Source: Raillietiella orientalis (Eukaryota). Taken from it: a DNA stretch of 48,214 nt. Below are positions 22,709-31,790 of this stretch, piece by piece. The stretch lies in the NCBI GenBank assembly GCA_036172245.1, contig JAYWIR010000167.1, positions 1 through 48,214 on the forward strand, in the 5' to 3' direction. Every line of letters begins with the position of its first letter. Position 1 is the first letter of the stretch. Below the pieces are notes generated by a model that was given only the letters and a program-made list of their open reading frames with translations, was not told the DNA's origin and ran no database searches. A program made the position numbers and the translations under genes.

Positions 22709-24654
22709 TACTGCTGGGAAGGTGGCGGCTTTTTACTCGCTTTATCCGGCGAGCAGACGGCGAGCAGCACGACTGGCTGGAGGGGACGGTCGCCACCGTC
22801 TGTTGTCGTGCTGCATGCATGTACTGCCTCCACGCCAGGCTTAACCCCGTCGGGTTTCGTGGAGACTTCGCGTGGCTTCGCGGCGAGCGTTGCCTGGCTG
22901 CCTACTATTAATCGGTGCGCACACGCTTTCGAACGAGTTGTCCTCGTCTCGGTGATCGGAACGGCATCCATTTCGGAGTCCGACCGGCGCATGTTCGATC
23001 GAGTTTCGGCCTTCCGCGAAGTAGTGACAGGTTCTGCCGGATTGACAGCTGTCCTGTTGTCTTTTTCCGTCTCCAGAGCATCGCTTTTGGTGACGGCTGC
23101 TTTCCCGGCGCGCGCGTTTTCAGCGTGCTCACGCGCAGTTGCGCGAGGGACCTTTGCTGAAGTCTTCTTTACTTCATTACGGTTCCTCACTTCGCGTGGC
23201 GCCGTAAATGGAGATTGTGCTCCTTGGCCATCTTTGAAGCCGTCCGCGTCTTTGGACGGGAGCACTTTCGATGGCTCCGACACGCTCGTCATGGACGCTG
23301 CCTTCGGAAGGGCTTTTAATCCCTTCGTTGGCATGGCATCCGCGCCAGTCGAGAGCTTGCTCTCCGACTGCGACGGCGTGAGAGTTTTCTCCGCTTTCCC
23401 GGTGTTGGGTCGCGACGCGGATTTTTTTTTGCCGACTTTCGAAGTCGACACGGCACAACTTTTCTTACCCGATTTGGGCTTCTCAGCCACTGCAGGAGGT
23501 GTAGGAATGGATCTGACGGTACTGGAAGTGTCCTTACCGCCGTTGTCCATTGACGTCCCCGCCGGTTGCTCGAACTCCGAAAGAGCCGGGTGTGCTTGGG
23601 AAGGACAGCTATTGCGCCTAGGGGGACTTAGCATTTCCCCGGATTCCCCGCACCCTTTCTTTTGCGGCTCCCCTGCCGCGAGAAAGGACGCGCAGGCCTT
23701 CGCGTGCGAGGTTTCCTGCTGCTTTGGGGCGACATTCCGCCTCGCGTTTTTTCGGAATTTCTGCCGTGGGGTCTCCAGGTTTTTCGCAGATTTTTTCTTT
23801 TTATCCGCGCTTTGTTTTCTAAGATGGAGCTCCGCGGCTGCCTTTTTTCGCAAAAGATCCGGGCAATTTTTCAATTGGTGCCCGGATAGTTTGCAATAAC
23901 GGCATTTTCCAGAGGGGCATTTATCCAAACAATGCCCCTCCTTCCCGCATTGCTCGCACGTTTTTACTTTGCCCACGAACCACAGGTGAACGACCGTGTC
24001 TTTCACCTGTAGTTTGGTGGGCAGCAGACGGCGGTCCGGCATTGTAAGCCGGACTCCAGCGACTCCGCTGTGTATGGACGGGAAGTCCTTGAAGTTGCTA
24101 CGCACCCTCCACAGCGCATGGACCGTGGCGAATTTCGCCAACGCGTTCCGAATATCAGTATCGGAGACTTCCGACTCGATGTCGAAAATCTCCGCCACAA
24201 ATGAGTCGTCCATGGCGGACGGGAAGACCTTCTGGCCACGGATCGACAACGGGGTGCGCAGCAAGCGTTGCACAAGTGCAGCGTCTTTGCAACGCACCTT
24301 GAAATAGCCCATGTCTTTTACGGGCATACTGGCGAGAAGGTCCTCCTCCCGCACGCCAACACGGGTCAGTTCATCGTTGAACTGATTCCCGTCGCGCGCA
24401 GAAAGAAACCCACTCACCTTATATCGGAGAGCAGGTCTATAGCCTTCGGCTACGTATGCCCGCAACTCCGACTCGTCGAGTGGCTTCCCTTTGACGGCTG
24501 CTGTGGCAGCAAGGTCAGCAAAACTCCTCTCCATTGGCGAGAATGACGAAGTGGAGGCGGCCGTCGGTTCCGCGATTGCAGATCCATATGCTGTTCCTGC
24601 AACTTCAGTAGCTTCAAGTTGGGTCGACATCGTCGTCAAAATGTACGACGCCAA
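22708..24654 (-). CDS. B1 ORF1: gag-like nucleic-acid-binding protein with two CCHC zinc knuckles and a long basic low-complexity tail
   Basis: CEQCGKEGHCLDKC and CRYCKLSGHQLKNC; uninterrupted frame. The annotated start 24654 is TTG; the first ATG is nine codons in (MSTQL...). Confidence 0.9.
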   Translation of the reverse strand: MASYILTTMSTQLEATEVAGTAYGSAIAEPTAASTSSFSPMERSFADLAATAAVKGKPLDESELRAYVAEGYRPALRYKVSGFLSARDGNQFNDELTRVGVREEDLLASMPVKDMGYFKVRCKDAALVQRLLRTPLSIRGQKVFPSAMDDSFVAEIFDIESEVSDTDIRNALAKFATVHALWRVRSNFKDFPSIHSGVAGVRLTMPDRRLLPTKLQVKDTVVHLWFVGKVKTCEQCGKEGHCLDKCPSGKCRYCKLSGHQLKNCPDLLRKKAAAELHLRKQSADKKKKSAKNLETPRQKFRKNARRNVAPKQQETSHAKACASFLAAGEPQKKGCGESGEMLSPPRRNSCPSQAHPALSEFEQPAGTSMDNGGKDTSSTVRSIPTPPAVAEKPKSGKKSCAVSTSKVGKKKSASRPNTGKAEKTLTPSQSESKLSTGADAMPTKGLKALPKAASMTSVSEPSKVLPSKDADGFKDGQGAQSPFTAPREVRNRNEVKKTSAKVPRATAREHAENARAGKAAVTKSDALETEKDNRTAVNPAEPVTTSRKAETRSNMRRSDSEMDAVPITETRTTRSKACAHRLIVGSQATLAAKPREVSTKPDGVKPGVEAVHACSTTTDGGDRPLQPVVLLAVCSPDKASKKPPPSQQ

Positions 24655-24695
24655 GATGAAGCGGATGAAAGCACGGAGACGAGAGCGAAGAAAAA

Positions 24696-24708
24696 CACGT
24701 CCGCACTC
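24696..24708 (-). promoter_or_regulatory. Conserved 5'-terminal motif (GAGWGC)RGACGTG, putative DPE-like internal Pol II promoter element
   Basis: Present at the 5' ends of B1, B2 (18780-18792), C2 (27132-27144), D- (11406-11418) and E (43024-43036), while the rest of the UTRs diverge. Confidence 0.55.
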
Positions 24709-27144
24709 GATTGAAATCTCCCGCTATCAGGTGAGCCTTTCGCACATTGGTATCCGCAATCCAGTCGCGCTTCAGGGTTTCCAGCAGCCTGGTGCGGTCG
24801 CGGTAAACCTGTTTGCCGCTGGGGCCATACACGTTTGTGACGATAAGGTCGATCGAGTCGGACCAGCTGAGAATCCGCTGACCGATCCGACCGTCGTCAT
24901 CAAACCGCACGCCATTTACGGCAGCGTCGATGGCCGGCTTCACGATGAACGCGACCTCGCAGGTGTTGCGGAGGCCGCATCGCCAATACAGCCGACCCCC
25001 CGCGATCGTCTCGATTTCCTGGGCGTCTGCCGCGGTGATCACGTGGATCTCCTGGAGCAGCGCCAGGTCGAGCTCACGCAGATTGTCGGCTGTATCTCGC
25101 CTGTTGCCGTCGTCGCGCAGCCCGTTGACGTTCCAACAGGCCGCGCGAATCCGACGGCGACTGGCGAGCCCAGGTGTTAGTCCAGGAAAAACGGCGATGC
25201 GGCGTCCGCCACCTGCTGGGGTGGGACGCTAGGTGGAGGGGGAGGGGGGACAGGTACTGAAGGCACCTTTTCCTCCTCCTCCATCGGTGCCGGCGCTTCG
25301 GCCGGATCACCCGCAGGTGGAGTCGCGCCTACCTGTTCGCCTTCCTCCATGGGTTCGGGCTGCTCAGGTTTCGCGACTGCAGGGAGGACTTCACCCCCCT
25401 GCTCTCCCTCCTCCATGGGGATGGCCGACTCGACGGCTTCCGAGCGTGGGTATTCCCCCTCCGGGATTCCCACGCTGCCGCTTCCTTCCGGTTTCTCCTC
25501 CTCGCTGGTGGAGGGGAGGCGCCTCCTGGGTTTCTGGGACTTGCGTCCCGACTTCCTGGTGGGTGCCTCCTAGGAGGAGGATCCGCTTCCGGCCCCCAAG
25601 TCGCACTCACCAGCGGGGGCCTTCTTCGTCGGAGCCGACCTGCGTACGCCCTTGCGCGACGGGGTTTCGCGCTCGGCGAGCGTTGCTGCGAGCACCTCCG
25701 CCGCTTTCTCGAAGGCCGCGTCTTCGCCAGCGGCGACCGTTGCCGCGGGCTGCTCCGCGACCTTATCGAGCGCGGTCACATCGTTGACGGCGAACGTTGC
25801 CGAGGGCTCCTCCGCGACTTTATCGAGCGCGGAGTCATGGCTGTCGGCGCGCGAGTCTCGCGTCTCACCCTCTAAACGTAGATTGGGCTCGTCCTCGCGA
25901 GTATTCATCGCGTCCGCATCAGCTGTTCCGCGAACATTGCCGCGGGCGACTCGGCAGGAACGGCTAAGCTTTCCAGTGCCACAGAGCATTCGCGCAGTTT
26001 ATTTTTTGAAAGCGGCGCGGATTTTTTCTTGTTGCCGGCAGTTTTCTTCTCCGAATTTTCTTCTATCATCACTTTCTTCTTTTTCTCTTTTCTGGCCTGA
26101 ACCAGCTGCCAAGCCTCCTCCATTCCCGCGTCCACGGGAGCTATATGCTCCGACGTCTGTACGGGAGGAAGGGAGGCTGGCAGTTGGGAACAGCCATTTT
26201 CGCGAGCTGGTCTTTCTACCAGCTTTCCACGTTTTCCCTGCGCCTTTTTGGCGGCAGGGGGCACCGGGGTGGGGCGCTTGGGGCACACGCGCCGAACAAG
26301 ACTTTTTTCGCCGCATAGGTGGCACACAATGTTCGGGCACCTTTTTCGTAGATGCCCTACTGCATTTCAGTAGCCACAAAATTGGCGTTTCCCCACGTAC
26401 CAGAGGTCCACCGCTTCTTGGCAGACCTTCAGATAGTGGGGAAGCGCACCACGCTCTTTTACGGTGATACGCGCGGCAGCTTGATCTCCAAAAAGGCTAT
26501 TGTAGCCTTGGAAAATCGTGGACTTCGGCCACAACGCGTGCACTTCTCCGTGCTTTTGTTGCTGTTCTCGAACCGCTGACCTTGTCATGCGACTGGAGAT
26601 CCCAGTGAGATGGACCACCACCGAGCGGTCCATCGTTATCGGCAAGATCTTCCGACCATCAACGATCAGCGGGTCGGTGATCAGGTGTCGGGCCAAGGTG
26701 ATATCCTTGCATACCACCTCGACCCGCTGCCCGGCGCTGAGGACGCAGAGGCCGTCGAGATCTTTTTCAAAAATATTAACGTTCTGCAGCGCCTTCGTAA
26801 AGGCGCGTGCAGTTCGCCCATCGAAAAGGTTGCCTACCTTGTAGACTAGCGAGGGTTTATACACCGCTTTCTTGTAGGCTTCCATCTCGGCCATGGCTTC
26901 CACGCTAGGCGCGGCCACCATGGCGCTCCATGACCTCGGCGTCGCCAGGGACGATTCCGGGGCGGATGTCCCTGATCCAGTAGGCTGTGGGTACGAACAA
27001 GCCTCCATCACGCCTACTTCCATCGCGGTGTCCTCTGGCAACGCTGCCATCAGACACCGACGATGTGCACGCACAAATTACTCAAGAAGAAAAAACACTC
27101 GCTTTGCCACGCAGACGGAGCGCAGGAAAAGCACGTCCGCTCTC
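24709..27144 (-). mobile_element. LINE copy C2 5' part (5' UTR, degenerate ORF1 ~27050-25177, EN N-terminus), interrupted at the EN GDFN motif by B1/B2
   Basis: EN fragment matches C1 30495-30963 up to AGDFN; knuckles CGY*NAVGHLRKRC and CHLCGEKSLVRRVC; 5' end GAGAGCGGACGTG. Confidence 0.88.
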
Positions 27145-27162
27145 CACAACGGGGATTCGGCG

Positions 27163-27200
27163 TTATCACCCGGGTACGCCCGGGGCGTTTATTAATAAAC
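27163..27200 (-). terminator. 3'-terminal signal of C1: palindromic GTTTATTAATAAAC + CCCGGG-CGTA-CCCGGG hairpin
   Basis: Read directly; same spacing as B1 and D+. Confidence 0.72.
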
Positions 27201-30200
27201 TTTACATGCGTGGTACAAGGCCCCACCACGGCCGTAAACACAGGACCTGTCGGGACACCGGGACGCAGCCCAGCGTGGCACTCCCCGACAGCGAAGGGGG
27301 ATGGGGATAAGGCAAAAAGTAAAATAAAAAGGAACAAACAAAAAGAAGTTGGCGGGCAGGGAAGGGATCACTGGTCGCTGTGGGGAGGGCCCATTCGTCG
27401 AACGAAGCCCTCGAGATTAGTCTGCATATTCCCCAGTTGGGGCCATCCGGCAGCTCTTCGCAAGAAGCGTTTGGCATACGGGATGACATCCCTCGCCAGT
27501 GGACCCACTCCCTCGATGTTGGAGTCGCTCTATGCCCCCACGATGCCACGGACGCAGCACAAGGCTGCGATGGCTGCGGCAGGCTGCAGTGCGTCCTTCA
27601 CGAAGAGGGGCCGAAGAACGTCTCTGGGGGTGCTGCCCGTAAGGAGCCCGAGGTTCGTCACGAACCGTTCCCAAAGGGGTCGGAGGGCAGCACAATCCAC
27701 AATAAGGTGGGGAAGCGACTCCCGCTCCCCGCACATGGCACACGCAGGATCCACAGCTCCCCTCGTTCAGTGGAAGCGGCGCGCCTTGCAGGGTAGACCC
27801 CAGAGCAACAAAAGCAACGCCGACACTTGCCACTTGAGGGGCAGGATCCTGGATTCTTTCATCACCGGGGGCCACTTCAGCTCATCCCTGGGGATAGCGA
27901 GCAGCCCGCCCCATCTTAATAATCCTCGCGGCTGGACGCTCGAAGTCGTGGCGTCGGCCAGTTCTCCTGTTGTGCAGCCGCTGATCAACTTCTCGCGTCC
28001 CTCGATGCAGCAGGAGACTTGCCACCTTGGCGTCCGGCTGCTGTGAAGTGCCCTCCTTAGGAAATGCAGCGCCGTAGCTAGGCAGGTCGTCTCTGTCCAC
28101 GTGCATCTTGCTGGACTCTCCAGGAGATTCCGCAGCGTGCAGCGGGCGTAGGGGCTGCATCGGAGACGATTCAACTTCTCGTGGCTTCTCTGGTTAACTA
28201 CTGCCCACGATCCAATATTCTCCTCCAGCCAGGCGGGGGAGTTGGCGAAGCAGCAAATCATCCAGCTGTTCTCCTTGGCCAATGTTGCCATGCGCCCGAG
28301 CAGTAGGCCGCATCTTCGCATCTTCCGGCCACGGCTCAGAAGAAAAGACGCGAGTCCATCGCACCGGGACACACGGCTGGCCAGGAGGCGGGCCGGAGTG
28401 CACCAAGGGGTGCTCCACATCTTCGCTGCGATGGCGAGGGCTCGCCACCGCAGCTGCTTCTCCACGCGCTCCAGCGTCAGGAGGCCGAGACCGCCGTCCC
28501 GACGCGGAGCGCACAAGTCCTTCAGTGGGACTCGGGGCCTCCCCTTGCCCCAAAGGGCGATACGGAGGAGGTCCTTCGTCCTCTTCTTGGATTCCACGGT
28601 GGGGAGGCAAACAAAAAGCAAGGGGCGGAGGATGGGGGCCGCGAAGGCGTTCCAAACCGCGATCCGTTCCGGCAAGTGAAACTTGCCTTCCAGGAACGGG
28701 CCGATCGCCGTCTCGACTTTTTGGAGGCAGCTGGACCACGCTTCCGCAGGGAAGTACTCACCCAACGGCACACCAAGGTACTTGAAGCACCTCGCCGTGG
28801 GGATTCCCAGACGGACCCAGTCCTGCTACCCTGCCCACGCCGCACCTATTGGCACAACCGACGACTTCGCCCTGTTAACCTGCAGTCCGGTTTCGCGGCT
28901 GAGCAGATCGAAGAAGTCTCCGACCGCCTTTGCCGGGGTGGACATTGGCAACAAAAGCAGAAAATCGTCGGCGTACGCTGCTACGGCGGGCGTGCCGGGG
29001 CACGAGCTCGGCAATGGGGCCAAAGTCACCCTGTACGCTCTCAGCACCAACTCAAAGTAGGTGCTGAAGAGCAGGGGGCTGAGGCTATCTCCCTGCATTA
29101 TGCCCCGCCGCACCGGCACGCCATACACCTTTTGACCGCTGAAAGAGACGGTAATTATCGCATTCCGCCAGCAAGAGCGCAGGTAGGAAATCAGGGAGGG
29201 TGGAAAGCCCATGCGATCCAGGAGCTCCAAGAGAAGTTCCTGGTCTACACAGTCGAACGTCTTGTGGAGATCGACTGCGAGCGCTAGGGCCCCCTTCCCC
29301 GCCCGAAGGTCCCTTCCCAGCCCGGCTGGCGGCCTCAATGTGGGGTTGCCGACTTTCCCTATCCCTTTCTTCTCTGCTCTCTGCAGATGCACCCATGTGC
29401 TTGCGAAGAAGAGGTTGGCATCCATACTTCGTTCGGGAACAGCATAAGTCTGCTCCGGGCTAATTACGGATTCTGCCACCTGCCCCATACGCGAAGCTCA
29501 TAGCCCTGCGATCAACTTGGCGTCCGTATTCACGATCGTGATCGGACGCCAGTTCTTTAAATCCCTGAGGTCTCCCCCTTTCGGCAGGAGCCTCACTCTG
29601 GCTGACCGAAACGAGGAGAAAACATCGCCTTCGTCTCGGATCAGCCTGATCAACTTAAGCAGCAGGGGTGCCAGCTCTTCCGCGAAGCTCTGAAAGAACT
29701 CCGTGGGCAAGCCGTCTTCTTCTGGGGCTTTACGCCCCTTGAGCCTTTTGATACCGGCGAGAATTTCGCCGGTATTAAAAGGCTCGTCGAGGCTTTCCAT
29801 CTCCTCCTCCCCTATTGCCGATGCGCCATCCGGAAGCAAGCGCCGAGTGGCGTCTCGATCCGGGGGCTTCCTGGCGTAAAGGGAGGAATAGAAACTCCGC
29901 ACGAGATGCCGTACCGACGCCGGGGTCGAACATTCCCGGCCCTGGTCGTCTAGCAGGCTGGCCGACCCGGATTGCCAGGCTTGGCGTTCGGCCCCGGCGC
30001 GGTACTCGGCCAGGCGACGGACATTAGGGGTTCTCTCGTACCTACGAGCCTGTAAATAGGCCCGATGGTTGCAAGCACCCTCGCCGAATCCGGGAGGCAG
30101 GCGATCCAGGGGTACTGCTCACAGAACTCGCGGACCGATTCCTTAAAAAGGTCCCAGTCCTGGAGATTCCGGAGCGTGACACCTCTCAGGTATTCGCGAA

Positions 30201-31790
30201 GGTATTCCTTCGCACCTGAAAGTCGAGTCCAGTCCCCCGGCAGACGCCAATCCCTGGATGGCGGTCCCTTGTCACGAGGCCGCATTTCGAAAATTAACCG
30301 GGAATGGTCCGACAACGTCGACGCAACCCTCCCCCGTTTGCCGACCCGTGAACACAGGTCAGCGTCGAGGAAGACGTGGTCGATGCTGCGGACCATTCCC
30401 CTCTCACCCGCGAACAATTTGCGCGCACGCATGGCGGCGCACAACTCGTTCATCGCGTTCTTTTGTGTTTCTGGCTCACCTGTTAGCAGACGGAGATTGA
30501 AATCTCCCGCTATCAAGTGAGCCTTCCGCACGTTCGTGTCCGCCAGCCAGTCGCGCTTCAGGGAATCCATCAGCCTGGTACGGTCGCTGTATCCCTGTTT
30601 ACCGCTGGGGGCGTACACATTCGTGACGATCAATTCGATCGAGTCGGACCAGCTGAGAATCAGCTGACCGACCCGACCGTCGTCATCGAAGCGCACGCCC
30701 TTCACGGCCGCGTCGATGGCCGGCTTCACGAAGAACGCGACCCCGCAGGTGTTTCGGAGGCCGCACCGCCAATACAGCCGAGCCTCAGCGATCGTCTCGA
30801 TCTCCTGGGCGTCTGCCGCGGTGATCACGTGGATCTCCTGCAGCAGGGCCAGGTCGAGCTCACGCAGGGTGTCGGCCGTATCTCGCCTGTTACCGTCGTC
30901 GCGCAGCCCGTTGACGTTCCAACAGGCGGCGCGAATCCGACGGCGACTGGCGAGCCCAGGTGTTATTCCTGGGAAGATGGCGATGCGGCGTCCCCCACCT
31001 GTTGGGGCGGGACGCTAGGTGGAGGAGGAGGGTCAGGCGATGCGTGCACCTGGTCCCCCTCCTCCATGGGTAACGGCGCGTCGAGCGGCTCACCCTTAGA
31101 TGATGTCGCGCCTACCTGTTGGCCCTCCTCCATGGGGGCGGGCTGTTCAGGCTCGGCGACTGCAGGGAGGACTTCGCCCCCCTGCTCACCCTCCAACATG
31201 GGGTGGCCGGCTCGACGGCTTCCGAGCGTGGGAGTTCCCCCTCCTGGATTCCCACGCTACCGCTTCCTTCCGGTTTCTCCTCCTCGCTGGTGGAGGGGAG
31301 GCGCCTCCTGGGCTTCTGGGACTTGCGTTCCGACTTCCTGGGGGGTGCCTCCGAGGAGGAGGATGCACTTCCTGCCCCCAGGTCCGACTCACCTGTGGGG
31401 GCCTTTTTCGCGGGAGCCGGCCTTCGCACGGCCTTGCGTGAGGGGTTCTCACGCTCCGCCAGCGTGGCCGCGAGCTCCTCCGCCGCCTGAGCGAACGCGA
31501 CGTCCTCGGCTTCGACCGTCGCTATTTCGCGCGGCTCACCCTCTGTGTAAACAGAGGGTTCGCCGACTGAAATTCCGCACTGTTGTCCCTGTTAGGTGGA
31601 CCACAATGGAGTGGTCCACCGTGTGTGGGAGTTAATTCCTGCCCTCAAATTGTACGGGCGTGCAGAGCATCTTGTGGGTAAGACCTGAATCGTTGCAGAT
31701 GAGCTTCGCCAACTGCCCTTCGCTCCGTAGTGACAGGCAAAGAATTCCATGCTCGACAATGCCCATCTTTTTGATGGCATTGCTGAAGAA
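27163..31790 (-). mobile_element. LINE copy C1: 5'-truncated, internally deleted ORF1, degenerate ORF2 (30963-27368), intact 3' terminus
   Basis: ORF2 fragments 29950-30828, 29498-29902, 28826-29488 (YADD), 27767-28771, 27530-27754 (CAMC..HLIVDC). ORF1 tail 30963-~31546 matches C2; 31560-31790 (AIKKMGIVEHGILCL...VDHSIVVHLTG) matches the C2 ORF1 N-terminal domain. 3' AATAAA-CGC-CCCGGG-CGTA-CCCGGG-TGATAA. Confidence 0.88.

Larger units (their letters stand above)
18802..24708 (-). mobile_element. Full-length, intact L1/Tx1-like LINE B1 (~5.9 kb) flanked by 9-bp direct repeats GATTGAAAT (18793-18801, 24709-24717)
   Basis: Short 5' UTR beginning GAGTGCGGACGTG, ORF1 648 aa, TAATG overlap, ORF2 1197 aa, ~310-nt 3' UTR ending AATAAA-CGC-CCCGG-CGTGA-CCGGG-TGATAA. 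Confidence 0.96.

Noticed and set aside
22808..23899. 363-aa antisense ORF (and its 346-aa paralog at 16943-17983)
   Set aside because: Mirror frame of the Ala/Lys/Ser-rich ORF1 tail in GC-rich DNA; no motifs, and its conservation is explained by B1/B2 similarity.
27063..28046. 327-aa + strand ORF (also 18575-19114 and 30517-31635)
   Set aside because: These cross element junctions or UTRs antisense to LINE ORFs; they are shadow ORFs.
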